Shown: positions 17,777 to 27,738, counted from the first letter of the stretch. The stretch is 32,000 nt of DNA from Ignicoccus pacificus DSM 13166 (GCA_025340205.1 CP006868.1:390001-422000); one strand, 5' to 3'. The notes: generated by a model from the letters alone, not told the origin. Numbers and translations are program-made.

Positions 17777-18697
17777 ATGTTGTTGGATAAAGAGATGAAG
17801 AGAGAGGTAATTGAAGAGATTAGAAGGCTTGTGACGCCGATACCAGAGAGGAGGTCCCTAGAGCTTCTGTCTACCTTCATCGCCAGCACCATCCACACCT
17901 TCGAGGACATAGTGAGCGAGGACGTGATGCCCGGAGTGGTCAACTCCGTGGCGAGACTGATGGCAAGAGAGTACTGGCAGATGCTCGGGGAGCCGAAGAC
18001 TGTGGAAGAGCTCCTCGAGAGGGTAGCTCAAGGCTTTCCGGCATATTTCGAGAGGTACGACGACACTCATTTCATAGTTAGGGAATGTCCTATAAGGGAT
18101 ATAGCGGAGAGGGAGAACATAAGGTACGGAGGCCCCCTTTGCCTCTTCGCGAGGGGATTCCTCTGGTACTTCGTGAACAAGGTTGCGGGATTCAGGGCAA
18201 GGGTGGACATAGTTAAGCCCGGTTACTACGCTTGCCTCTGCTCCCTCAAGAACGCCAAGCTGGAGAGGGAGCTCAACCTCGAAGAGCCCACCGAGGAGGA
18301 GTTCATAGAAAAGTCTTACAACTTCCTAAAGCTCACCTTAAATGGTATGATAAGGTCTCTAGTAAACGTCATAGGAGATATCACCAAGAGCTACTTGTAC
18401 TACGCTGGGAGCAGCGTAGGGGCCGCCCACAGCTCCGTCCTCCCCAACTTCGACAAGGTGGAAGACGCTATAGAGGCGGTAAACGCCTTCATGGTAGTTT
18501 GGGAGGGGAAGGTGAAAGAGGAAGACGGGAAGTACGTTCTCGAGGAGACCAAGTACGAGTTCGGCTACCCCAAGGATCCCTACTTCTGTACCTTGTTCTA
18601 CTCTTACATATCGGGTCTCTTATCAGGTATTTTGAATAGGCACGTGAGGCTCCAGCCTTTAGACTGTAGCGAGAGGAAGGTGATAGAAATTGAGTGA
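17777..18697 (+). CDS. Uncharacterised protein (possible tandem V4R-like domains) coupled to a hydrogenase small subunit
   Basis: 306 aa. Segments 'VRECPIRDIAERENIRYGGPLCLFARGFLWYFVNKVAGFRARVDIVKPGYYACLC' and 'YVLEETKYEFGYPKDPYFCTLFYSYISGLLSGILNRHVRLQPLDC' look like related units. Overlaps the next ORF by 8 nt. Confidence 0.6.
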   Translation: MLLDKEMKREVIEEIRRLVTPIPERRSLELLSTFIASTIHTFEDIVSEDVMPGVVNSVARLMAREYWQMLGEPKTVEELLERVAQGFPAYFERYDDTHFIVRECPIRDIAERENIRYGGPLCLFARGFLWYFVNKVAGFRARVDIVKPGYYACLCSLKNAKLERELNLEEPTEEEFIEKSYNFLKLTLNGMIRSLVNVIGDITKSYLYYAGSSVGAAHSSVLPNFDKVEDAIEAVNAFMVVWEGKVKEEDGKYVLEETKYEFGYPKDPYFCTLFYSYISGLLSGILNRHVRLQPLDCSERKVIEIE

Positions 18698-19661
18698 GAA
18701 GAAGACCTTGGCGGTCCTTCCCCTAGGAGGATGCGGCGGATGTGAGTACGTGATCTACCAAGCCATAGCAGAAAGGCCAGAGATATTGGACATGTACGAA
18801 ATAGTGTACTGGCCCATGGTGGTGGAGAACACAGAGCTTCCTGAGAAGGTAGACGTAGCCATATACGAGGGAGTGGTGAACAATTATGGTCACTTGAAGA
18901 AGGCTTTGGAAATGAGGAAGAGAGCTAAGATAGTGATTTCTCTAGGAATGTGCGCCAGCTTCTCCGGGGTTCCGGGACTCTCCGCCTACTTTAACATAAG
19001 GGAAATATTGAAGGATCTGTACAACATGAGCGAGAAGGAGATGGGTAAGGACTACGACTTCCTAAAGCCCTTGCCAGCTCCTAGGAGCGTTCCGGAGGTG
19101 GTCCCGGTCGACTACATCATAAGCCATTGTCCCCCCATTCCCGAACACGTCTACGTTACCCTAAAGGACATCTATGAGGGAAGGGAGCCTAAGATAGCTA
19201 CTAAGACGGTGTGCGCCGAGTGCCCGCTCAAGATGAAGCCTATGGACGTGAAGAAGTGGAGTACCAAGACTACCAAGGAAATAGATCACGAAACTTGTTA
19301 CCTAAGCCAAGGCCTGTTGTGCCTAGGCCCGGTTACAGCTTCCGGCTGCGGAGCCAGGTGTCCTAGGGCCGGAATACCTTGCTACGGCTGCGCCGGACCT
19401 ACCAGAGACATCCTCATGTACGACAGAGAGGACATACCCACCAAGTTAGCGAAGGAGATCGCAGCCATGAAAGGCATGGACCCGGAGAGGGACTACAAGA
19501 AAGTGCTGAACGAACTCCTAAAGGTATACGAACCGAGGAGGTTCTACATGTTCACGCTTCAGAGCATATTCATGAAGAGCAAGCCGTTCAGCCTAGCGAT
19601 GCAGACGGTGCTCAAGGGAAGAGGGTTCAGGATGGAGATGAAGAAGCGCGCTCACCACTAA
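18690..19661 (+). CDS. [NiFe] hydrogenase small subunit-like protein (group 3, Mvh/Frh/SH type)
   Basis: 'LPLGGCGGCEYVIYQAIAERPEILDMYEIVYWPMV', 'ISLGMCASFSGVPGL', 'CAECPLKMKP', 'CYLSQGLLCLGPVTASGCGARCPRAGIPCYGCAGP'. Confidence 0.85.
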   Translation: MSEKKTLAVLPLGGCGGCEYVIYQAIAERPEILDMYEIVYWPMVVENTELPEKVDVAIYEGVVNNYGHLKKALEMRKRAKIVISLGMCASFSGVPGLSAYFNIREILKDLYNMSEKEMGKDYDFLKPLPAPRSVPEVVPVDYIISHCPPIPEHVYVTLKDIYEGREPKIATKTVCAECPLKMKPMDVKKWSTKTTKEIDHETCYLSQGLLCLGPVTASGCGARCPRAGIPCYGCAGPTRDILMYDREDIPTKLAKEIAAMKGMDPERDYKKVLNELLKVYEPRRFYMFTLQSIFMKSKPFSLAMQTVLKGRGFRMEMKKRAHH

Positions 19662-19697
19662 AAACTCCTTTTTATTTAAGGAGAAAGCGGAGGTCCC

Positions 19698-20012
19698 TCA
19701 TCCTACTATCACTATGTTTTCAGGAGGATAGCCCATCTCCTCGAGGATCTCCTTCACTCTATCTCTATGATCCCCTTGGAGCTCTATCCTCCCGTTCTTC
19801 ACCGTTCCTCCAGTCGCCAGCTTGCTCTTGAGCTGCTTGGCCAGCTTCTTCAAGTGCTGGTCATCCATTCTCAGCCCTTCTATTATCGTTACTTCTCTTC
19901 CCCACTTCCTTTTCTCTAACTTGATCTTTATCAGCTCCTCTTGCTCCATCATGAGCTGTTCGCATATCTCCGGGGGCAAACCTCCGCAGACGGATGGGTC
20001 TAGCATAGTCAT
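19698..20012 (-). CDS. Translation initiation factor aIF1 (SUI1 family)
   Basis: '[10 protein letters not shown]...[68 protein letters not shown]'. Confidence 0.94.
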   Translation of the reverse strand: MTMLDPSVCGGLPPEICEQLMMEQEELIKIKLEKRKWGREVTIIEGLRMDDQHLKKLAKQLKSKLATGGTVKNGRIELQGDHRDRVKEILEEMGYPPENIVIVG

Positions 20013-20083
20013 CTTCAGCCCTTCGTGTTCTAGCCCTCTACTTTGCTTTATAAACGCTACTTCCCGTGCGATACGGGAGAGCC

Positions 20084-20236
20084 TTGAGCGCGGTCTACAA
20101 GTGTGCCAGGTGTGGGAGAACGGTAACCCCAGAGGAGCTGGAGAAGATGAGGATAGGGATAAAGTGCCCCTACTGCTACTATAAGATACTCTACAAGGTA
20201 AGGACTAAGGGAACCGTTTACGTGAAGGCGATATGA
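20084..20236 (+). CDS. rpo12: DNA-directed RNA polymerase subunit P (Rpo12); missing from the supplied ORF track
   Basis: Translation from TTG 20084: [50 protein letters not shown]. Zinc ribbon CxxC...CxxC; alternative start GTG 20066. TATA-like 'ctttataaac' is upstream. Confidence 0.88.
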   Translation: MSAVYKCARCGRTVTPEELEKMRIGIKCPYCYYKILYKVRTKGTVYVKAI

Positions 20237-20302
20237 GGGGATGAGAAAGCCTTCGAACTCTGAGAGATGATGACTGTAGCCCGCACGACCCGAGGTGCTA
20301 TC

Positions 20303-21040
20303 ATGAAGGTCCTCTTTCTTGGAACCGGTCCCGCCTCTGGCTGGCCCTCCTACGGCTATCCTAAGGAGAAGAGGAGGAGGCCCAGCACCTATGCGATTCA
20401 ATGCGGGGAGACCTTCCTGTTCCTCGACACGGGCTCGGTAGAGGCGGTGATGGATGGAATAAAGATGATGGCGGAAAGTGGAATAGAGAGGGTCTCGGGA
20501 GTGCTCCTCTCCCACGCTCACAACGACCACTGGGCGGGTCTCAACAACTTGAGGTGGGGTCCTCGGACCAAGGTGTTCTTGACGGAGGATACCCTCTACC
20601 ATCCCTACTTCAAGGAGATAGCGGATAAGCCCTTCTCCCTTGACCTAACTCCCATCGAGTTCTTCGAGGAGTTCGAGGTGGGAAAGGTAAAAGTCACTCC
20701 TTTCCCCTTGAACCACATTCCCGGGACCTCCGGATTTCTAGTAGAGTGTAATGGAAGGAGAATAGCGTATGCGCTAGACACCAAGGGGCTTCCAAAGGAG
20801 AGCATGGAGTTCTTGAAGGGAAAGGTCGACTTGCTGATAATAGATTCCGCCTTACCGATAGGGGAGACGGGCCTTCACAACACCTACGAGGAGGCCTTGC
20901 TCATAGGGAAGGAGATAGAGGCCAAGGTAGCAGCGGTTCACTTGCTTCCGATGGTGAGGGAGGAGGAGGTGCTGAGGAAGGCTAAGGAGATAGGGGTTGA
21001 GGCAGCGGTACCGGACGATCTATCTATCTATGAGATTTAG
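20303..21040 (+). CDS. MBL-fold metallo-hydrolase, PhnP-like
   Basis: 'MKVLFLGTGPASGWPSYG', 'LLSHAHNDHWAGLNNLRWG', 'FPLNHIPGTSGFLVECNGRRIAYALDTKG'. ATG at 20303 is preferred over the upstream in-frame start at 20267. Confidence 0.85.
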   Translation: MKVLFLGTGPASGWPSYGYPKEKRRRPSTYAIQCGETFLFLDTGSVEAVMDGIKMMAESGIERVSGVLLSHAHNDHWAGLNNLRWGPRTKVFLTEDTLYHPYFKEIADKPFSLDLTPIEFFEEFEVGKVKVTPFPLNHIPGTSGFLVECNGRRIAYALDTKGLPKESMEFLKGKVDLLIIDSALPIGETGLHNTYEEALLIGKEIEAKVAAVHLLPMVREEEVLRKAKEIGVEAAVPDDLSIYEI

Positions 21041-21066
21041 ACAAACAGTTTCGACAAGATCTTCCA

Positions 21067-21487
21067 TTAAGCCTCAATCTTGAATTTGATAATACTTGTG
21101 TTCGGAACGTCGAGTCTTATCTGGATTTTTAAAAGATTCGTCGGATTATGTACATTCTCTTGATTAATTAATTCTAGTAGTGAAGCACTCTTAATGGGGT
21201 TAACTCTATCATCTGACCTCTCATCTGAGGCTTTTGATGCTGATGTATGCCATGAACGTTGAACCGAGATCGGTGTTGCGTCCCTGATTATACTTTCAAA
21301 ATCCCTACTTAGGAATTGTAACTACTACCGCCGAGGTCAGAAAGGGCTTCATAATCGTATCTAGGCAACCAATAATAATCCCTCTAAAAGGGGAATCACC
21401 GAAATTCCATAGCAAATAAAGCACGTTTGCTAGGGATCCAGTAGCGGTCTTTCTGACATTACTCAGAAAGGTAGAGGAACCAACCAA
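21067..21487 (-). pseudogene. Possible frameshifted or degraded small ORF of unknown function
   Basis: 60-aa ORF ending 'TIPK' at 21305. The -1/+1 frame is then open to 21067: 'LQFLSRDFESIIRDATPISVQRSWHTSASKASDERSDDRVNPIKSASLLELINQENVHNPTNLLKIQIRLDVPNTSIIKFKIEA*'. Confidence 0.25.
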
Positions 21488-21628
21488 AATTATCGTTATC
21501 GAACCTTCTTAACAACATTTAAGATCGGGAGGATAGACCGGACAGGAGTCATTGCAGGCCTCATTCATTAGGAGAAGGCCGATCCTGAAACTTCTATATG
21601 TCTTTTCTGGTAAAAGTATTGTCTATTC

Positions 21629-22117
21629 TTATTTTATCACACAGTTTACACAGGCTACTTTAGCTCCAAGCAACTCTACTTTAACGTTTGTGTAGATAGT
21701 TGGGAGGAATACGTAGATCACATGCCTTCCCTGAGGTAGGTACCTTTCAGCGCTAACGACCCTCACGACCTCATCTCGCTCGATATCTACTATCTTGTAC
21801 CCCTTTACGTTTCCTGGCGAAAGTACATCAACAACCATTACTATTACATAAGGATCAGTAGTGTTTCCAAATACTATGGCCTTTGGATCGTCTATTATCT
21901 TAGCCGCGTACATGTTAGCAGTCATGTTTAGGTAATAACTCCCGGGGTTTACGTCTAGCAAGCGGGCTTCGTAGATCGTTAATATCGGCTCTTGCGTTGT
22001 TATTTTCCTCGGTGTTAGCAACGCGCTGCCTAGAATCGCCGCTAGCGTTACAGTTAGCATCAGAAGAACACCTATTTCTATGGTAGTTAGACCCCTACGC
22101 ATGATACCACCGTCCAT
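21629..22117 (-). CDS. Archaeal type IV pilin-like (class III signal peptide) exported protein
   Basis: 'MRRGLTTIEIGVLLMLTVTLAAILGSAL': short basic leader, G before cleavage, E in the hydrophobic helix. The start may be the second Met (about 22105). Confidence 0.65.
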   Translation of the reverse strand: MDGGIMRRGLTTIEIGVLLMLTVTLAAILGSALLTPRKITTQEPILTIYEARLLDVNPGSYYLNMTANMYAAKIIDDPKAIVFGNTTDPYVIVMVVDVLSPGNVKGYKIVDIERDEVVRVVSAERYLPQGRHVIYVFLPTIYTNVKVELLGAKVACVNCVIK

Positions 22118-22659
22118 TGAGTGGATGTTAAGTTGACGAAACAGAGGGCGAGCTTCTCCAAGCCACTAGGCATTACTATGTGAAGGTATGCATAGGGGTA
22201 GAATGTGAACGAAGTGCAAGGAACCTTTGGATCGAGCGAGGAAGATGACAGCGGGTGAAACTGGTATAATGCAATGCCATTTACGATCACCCTAGTAAAG
22301 TTGCCGTAGATGAAATATGAAAGAGGTTTACCGTCGCAGCTGAGTTGGACAACTAGATAAGCCCGATAAGAGGGAGCAGTAAGCTCTGCGTCACAGTAGG
22401 TCACGTTAGAGTAAGCGGGATCTTTTGATAAGTCAGTTACTGAGGGGACCGTAGGATCTATAGAAACAATATAGTTACCAGTACAATCTATTCTGAGAGT
22501 AGAAAGTTCGGCTTGTTGCGTAAGTCCTTTTAGCTGAGCGGTGCTCCTTCCGACGCCTTGTTGCCACTGGGTCAAGAGCCACCCTAACGCTCCTAAGACT
22601 ATCATGGCAAGCAACAAGCTTCCCAAGATCTCCGAGACGCCACGCTTGATCGTTAACAC
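22087..22659 (-). CDS. Archaeal type IV pilin-like (class III signal peptide) exported protein
   Basis: 'MLTIKRGVSEILGSLLLAMIVLGALGWLLTQ' N-terminus, then a Cys-containing beta-rich ectodomain. Confidence 0.7.
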   Translation of the reverse strand: MLTIKRGVSEILGSLLLAMIVLGALGWLLTQWQQGVGRSTAQLKGLTQQAELSTLRIDCTGNYIVSIDPTVPSVTDLSKDPAYSNVTYCDAELTAPSYRAYLVVQLSCDGKPLSYFIYGNFTRVIVNGIALYQFHPLSSSSLDPKVPCTSFTFYPYAYLHIVMPSGLEKLALCFVNLTSTQWTVVSCVGV

Positions 22660-22775
22660 CCGCTGTTTCTATCACTCTCTGTCAACTCTTTAGAGTTCTG
22701 GGTGCCGTTGCCAGCCGGAAATCCAGCCGAGTACTTTAGTCAAACGAGAGCGGCGTACAAAACTAGGAAGGTAAT

Positions 22776-25700
22776 ATGAGAGTGATTAGGAAAGGTGGAA
22801 TAGGAAACATAATAGCGTTGACTGTCATGATAATATTACTCGCCGCCACACTAGTACTCCTACTGAACACCATTTCAAGTACCCTCACGATAACTCAAAG
22901 CGGCTCTAAGTCGATCCAAAAAGCCAAGGTGAGCTATGAGATCACAAAGAAACTAAACATGTGTTACTTCACCGGATATCTAGGATCTGTTCCAGTAATA
23001 GCAATAAAGACCAACGATCCCGCCACCCTTTGTACGTACCTCCAAGCTCTTCAGCTTGTTGAATATGGAGCCAGTAACTCTACCATGAGCTTCCTAATTC
23101 CGGGTAGCGATATAAGGAACGAGTTAAATAAGGTACTCTACAGCGTGTGCAAAGAAGGCCTCACGAACAGCGTTACCGTAGACACGGATACGGGAACTAA
23201 GATGGAGGCGCAAGTAGTGCTTACCAGAGATCCGACCACTTTAGGTGTTGAGAAGCTACAAGCTCTGGTCAAGGGAGTGGGTTGGGTGCCGATAGGCAGT
23301 TGTAACACCCAAGTGGGCTCAGCGGTGAACATACAGTCGACCACCATACTCTATAGCATAGGACCTGTGACGATCATAGCTGCTCAAGGAACTAATCCCT
23401 TGGTCTATATGTGCCCCTCTCCCAGACAGGTCTTCGGGGATAGCAACGCCTACGTGATAGCGATGATGCTTACTCCAAACATGACTACAGCAGTTAACTC
23501 CTATAGAAACCACATCCCTACTAGCGTTGTTATCGATTTAAAAGACCTCATCAAGAAGGTGGCAACCTCTGGCTCACCTCTGCTGTTACCTTCTGGAGAT
23601 GTCAATCCCAATGACTATCTCAGAGGAATCAGAGTGATCCAGATGAGGTACGGCGGAGGTGTGCTTCCCGGAGCCTTCGGAACCGGCAGTAACTTGCCTT
23701 GGAGTTACACCTTCCTTAACCTATCCGCTGCTCAACCTCTCTATAAGAGCAGCGGAGTGCTGACGTTCGACTTCTACGTGAACAGCACCCAAGGAATTCT
23801 CTCTACTGAGGCAGCAGGCTATGGAGCTCTGGTCTGTCTCTATGTAGGAATTGCCGGTAGCGTTCCAGCCTCATCCACCGGCGAACCCTTTGATGGTAAG
23901 CTTATCTCACCTTCTAACGACGTCACGCCTCCCGGAGCCAAATATCCATGTTATAGCTTCTATGGCTACGATGTTTGCTATGAAGCCTTTGCCAATGCTA
24001 CCTCTGCCTTCGCCACCAACCTCACCAGCGCCGCTGGATTGAAATTCGAGGGACTGCAGGAACCCGTTGACAGCACAGTCAGGGTAAACAGCTTGGTCAT
24101 AAACAACCCTACCGATCAAGCGATCCTCGGAGGTTGTGGCTACGCTATTAGAATCGACTTAAACAAAACGGCTCCCGACGCTGTGGGGAAGCCCATAACA
24201 ATCAGAGGACCTCAAGGAGAGAACATTCCATTCTGTTATGAAACCATATATGGAAACTGTACCACTGACCCCACCAAGGGAGATGGGGCGGTATGGATCA
24301 AGATTCCTGCTGGAATGATCATTCCACCCAAGGGAAGCGTGAGCTTGACCATAAAGACCGGAAAGAACGGAGCGGTAAACCCGAAGGACGTATTCCCGTC
24401 CTACGTAGACTTCAGCTGGTACGACAAGAGTAAGGTAATAGGAGCACATTTCGTGCCGTATTTCCCCAACTCTTGGAGCGTGATAACGAACGGCGGAGCG
24501 CAGCTGGGGCAGCTGGTAGCGATACAGTTCAACACTACGAACGATATCCTCTTAGGAAAGAACTTCACCTTAGTTGCAGACGTCAGATGGGACGGAGCAC
24601 CGAATTACTACTATCCGGACAAGTTACTACCCTTCTTCGATCCACTGAGCTTCAGAGGGTGGGTCGCTGAATACTTGGACACCATATATCCCGGAACAGC
24701 GGACGAAGGCGCGGTGGGTTACTGGCTCTATCCCATAATATATGAAATCGATCCAACGGCCACGGGCGACGTAGGTTGGATGCTGGCCATCTACAACGGC
24801 TATCCGACAGCTTTCATCATAAAGTATGACCCAACTCTAGGAGTAGAGCTGGTACCGGAGGCAGTCGCCCCCAATCCCATAGCCCCTGGCGTGAGGTACT
24901 TCATAGTGCTGAGCAACGATACAAGTGGCATGAACATCAGCGTGATACCGGCCGAGGAGTTCAGCGCCTCAACGGTGAAGCCGCTGGCCGACGTTCCGGC
25001 ACCGACTAATCAAGACGTGGTGTTGGTAGCTGACACTAACAGCCTACTAAATCTTCTCTACAACCAGAACTCGAACGCCATAGTTCTATCCGATGCTGGT
25101 ATATACAGAGTGTACAATACAGTCGACGGCGACGTAACTCAGCTAGCTCAGATGGACGTCTATCAGATAGTAGGCGGTAGGAGGAGTCAAGTCGGTACGT
25201 TTTACCACTACACAAAGTTATATACAATATCATCGTTCAGTGGAAGGATCTACAATGTAACGGCCTTTAACGTGACGATAACAAATCCCGCGAAAGCGAT
25301 CAATTGTTACCTCACTCCCAGCACGTGCTCCAACGTCTCAGAGGTGCTTTCTCTAAGACCCTTCGGTTCAAAGGTTATACCAAACATAACTGCTGATAGT
25401 AGTAACGGAACCGTCGTCGCCTTGCCTATAAATGTAACCATAATAGGAAGCTATCCCATGACGCCGACCAGTACTACCACACTACCGCTCTACGGCTGGG
25501 CAACTGGTCAAGCGTACTACACTTCGTCAGTAGGAGAACTAATAGGTCAAGTCGTAACCATGACGGCAGGAAAGATAAACATCCAAACTCTAACAATAAC
25601 TTCCTACGTTGGAAACGTACCCGTCACTACCTACACTACACAAGTAACTTCCCTAGAGCCCTACTCCACCACCTCAGCATACGCGTACATCAATAGTGTG

Positions 25701-27338
25701 AGGTACGCCACATGGGGATTCAGAACAACGTTGCTCGCTCTGGGAATTCATGTCAACGAGTTCGTGCCGGGATCCTTTAGGTACTACGACCCGGCTGAGG
25801 GAGTACTGCCTTTGGGCGCCAAGGTCGAGCTAGCCTTCATAAACAGCACCAAGCCTACCGACTACGTCCTAGCTGAGTTAGACGGAGTTCCCACGGGTCA
25901 GAGCGCTATCAATCTGACAAGAGTCATACTCTACGCTAATACCAGCATGATCACCAACGGCCACATAGTACTCAACGGCAGCTTAGGAATAGGCTCTTGG
26001 AATCTGATGATACTTAAATCCTTCCCAACGATTTCAAGCTGTTCGGGTAACGCCTTCAGTATAGTGACTCTGAGCAACGGAGGCAGCGACGCCTTCTACG
26101 ATAGCCAGTATGACTATGCCAACGTGTACTATGCCTATGCTCCAGCTCTGATAAGCGACGGCAGGAGCTGGATGAAGTGGATGCTCTATGAGGACAGCGT
26201 AGACGGTTATAGAGTAGAGTACGTAAGGAGCGGTATAGGAGTTAACGCTTGGAGACTCTACTACTACCGCTTCAAGGTGGCTCCTACGAGCACCTTCACT
26301 AACCCCAACACTTGGTACTATACAAAGGTTTACGTTGACATGAACACATGGCAGACTCTCTTCACGGTGAACATCGGAGGTCCGAGCGGTCCGCAGCTCT
26401 TAGCAGACTACGGCGACTTGAGCAGTACCTCGCTGGTAAGCGAGTATCCTCAGCTACTGCCCAGCGACGTCAAGTACATCGGAATAGGCTACACCGCCGT
26501 AAGGAGTGGTGAATACGTGAGAAAGCTAGCATATGTGTTCGCCTACAGACAAGCGCCCCCAACCTTGGAGGTACTCTACCATAAGTCTGACATAAACTCA
26601 CCTCTAATCGATGCTCCTTTGATATACGTAAAGAAGAGCGGAGTAATAGCTAGCAACGTGAGCGGCGTACCCCAGCCCTTCAACGCCACTTACCATCTGT
26701 ACGGAGCTCAGTTCAACTACCTCTACCCAAGCGACTACCTAGAGTACAACCAGACCGTTAACTACGGCTACTTAACTGATAACGCCGACAACTTGACCGT
26801 CCCATTTAGCAACATAAGCTCTGCTCTCAAGGCAGGAAGGATCCAGATCGCTGGGCTGTGGAGCGACAAGCCCTTCAACATGCTTAGGATGGACGAGGTA
26901 CCACTGAACGTGTCGATAGTTGGCAAGTGGATAGTGTATGCATGGAGTAACGTTACTGAACCTCTGGTGCTAAGCGGTGCCAACAACACTAACGTGACGC
27001 TATACATGAACAACGTAACTGTGGCACTGTCGCCCTACACTAGCGACCTTATAATAACATTTAACAACATAACCAAGATGGAGGGACCAGTGGCAATAGG
27101 ACTGTTCTTCAACAATACGTTCAGTAGAAGCATAGTTATCTTAGCAAACGTGACGGACGGCACCGGAAACTATAAGCTGGTCGATGGCTTGCTGAGCTGG
27201 GAAGCCCTCAACAGCGATCTGAGCAAGCTCAACGGAACTAGCATAATAATGATAAATAAGATGGACTATCACATGACGGTAAACGGACCTATGTGCGTGC
27301 CAATACCGCCTGAGATGGGCGGTATGGGAACGTGCTGA
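22776..27338 (+). CDS. Giant (1520 aa) exported, probably surface-exposed protein with type IV pilin-like N-terminus
   Basis: 'MRVIRKGGIGNIIALTVMIILLAATLVLLLNTISSTLTITQSGSKSIQKAKVSYEITKKLNMCYF...' then a long Asn/Thr/Ser/Tyr-rich ectodomain. No C-terminal TM helix. Confidence 0.85.
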   Translation: MRVIRKGGIGNIIALTVMIILLAATLVLLLNTISSTLTITQSGSKSIQKAKVSYEITKKLNMCYFTGYLGSVPVIAIKTNDPATLCTYLQALQLVEYGASNSTMSFLIPGSDIRNELNKVLYSVCKEGLTNSVTVDTDTGTKMEAQVVLTRDPTTLGVEKLQALVKGVGWVPIGSCNTQVGSAVNIQSTTILYSIGPVTIIAAQGTNPLVYMCPSPRQVFGDSNAYVIAMMLTPNMTTAVNSYRNHIPTSVVIDLKDLIKKVATSGSPLLLPSGDVNPNDYLRGIRVIQMRYGGGVLPGAFGTGSNLPWSYTFLNLSAAQPLYKSSGVLTFDFYVNSTQGILSTEAAGYGALVCLYVGIAGSVPASSTGEPFDGKLISPSNDVTPPGAKYPCYSFYGYDVCYEAFANATSAFATNLTSAAGLKFEGLQEPVDSTVRVNSLVINNPTDQAILGGCGYAIRIDLNKTAPDAVGKPITIRGPQGENIPFCYETIYGNCTTDPTKGDGAVWIKIPAGMIIPPKGSVSLTIKTGKNGAVNPKDVFPSYVDFSWYDKSKVIGAHFVPYFPNSWSVITNGGAQLGQLVAIQFNTTNDILLGKNFTLVADVRWDGAPNYYYPDKLLPFFDPLSFRGWVAEYLDTIYPGTADEGAVGYWLYPIIYEIDPTATGDVGWMLAIYNGYPTAFIIKYDPTLGVELVPEAVAPNPIAPGVRYFIVLSNDTSGMNISVIPAEEFSASTVKPLADVPAPTNQDVVLVADTNSLLNLLYNQNSNAIVLSDAGIYRVYNTVDGDVTQLAQMDVYQIVGGRRSQVGTFYHYTKLYTISSFSGRIYNVTAFNVTITNPAKAINCYLTPSTCSNVSEVLSLRPFGSKVIPNITADSSNGTVVALPINVTIIGSYPMTPTSTTTLPLYGWATGQAYYTSSVGELIGQVVTMTAGKINIQTLTITSYVGNVPVTTYTTQVTSLEPYSTTSAYAYINSVRYATWGFRTTLLALGIHVNEFVPGSFRYYDPAEGVLPLGAKVELAFINSTKPTDYVLAELDGVPTGQSAINLTRVILYANTSMITNGHIVLNGSLGIGSWNLMILKSFPTISSCSGNAFSIVTLSNGGSDAFYDSQYDYANVYYAYAPALISDGRSWMKWMLYEDSVDGYRVEYVRSGIGVNAWRLYYYRFKVAPTSTFTNPNTWYYTKVYVDMNTWQTLFTVNIGGPSGPQLLADYGDLSSTSLVSEYPQLLPSDVKYIGIGYTAVRSGEYVRKLAYVFAYRQAPPTLEVLYHKSDINSPLIDAPLIYVKKSGVIASNVSGVPQPFNATYHLYGAQFNYLYPSDYLEYNQTVNYGYLTDNADNLTVPFSNISSALKAGRIQIAGLWSDKPFNMLRMDEVPLNVSIVGKWIVYAWSNVTEPLVLSGANNTNVTLYMNNVTVALSPYTSDLIITFNNITKMEGPVAIGLFFNNTFSRSIVILANVTDGTGNYKLVDGLLSWEALNSDLSKLNGTSIIMINKMDYHMTVNGPMCVPIPPEMGGMGTC

Positions 27339-27738
27339 TGAGCTAGAGATCCGATCATCCATCCTTTTGATAAAGAGGATTAATATCTCGGAAAACGATA
27401 AAACATTTTAAATATGCATTCCGTTTTCTTGTGTTTTATTTCCTTATCCAACCTAAGGACTTCACAAATTTTTGTTTCTCCAAAGAAGATGAAAGCTTTC
27501 TGGGAAGTAGCATTGCTCCCTACATTAGCGTAAACTCTTAGAACCTTCGTAATGGCGGTGCAAGTCTAAATAGATAGAATATCCTTATAAAAGAGGCTAT
27601 TCAACATGGCTCTACGCTATTTTAGTTAAGTTCTTGTTGATTTGAGGCTACCAAAAGCAGTAGACGTATGAGATCCCAGCAAGTGGAGACGGCTCGAAGC
27701 TTTTTGTCCTCCCTCCCACTTCCATTAGGGAATCGATA

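Noticed and set aside
18232-18639. 135-aa + strand ORF, very Arg/Gly-rich
   Set aside because: Out-of-frame shadow of the 17777-18697 gene, with no recognisable domain.
19379-19831. 150-aa + strand ORF
   Set aside because: Shadow frame of the hydrogenase small subunit gene extending into antisense aIF1.
20057-20602. 181-aa minus-strand ORF
   Set aside because: Antisense to rpo12 and to the clearly coding MBL-fold gene; composition is typical of a shadow ORF.
23138-27362. Multiple 60-96 aa ORFs on both strands within the giant gene
   Set aside because: They lie wholly or largely inside the 1520-aa ORF and lack independent coding features.
27335-27365. 'gctgatgagctagagatcc' as a C box at the end of the giant gene
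   Set aside because: No D/D' box (CTGA) at proper spacing and no closing stem.
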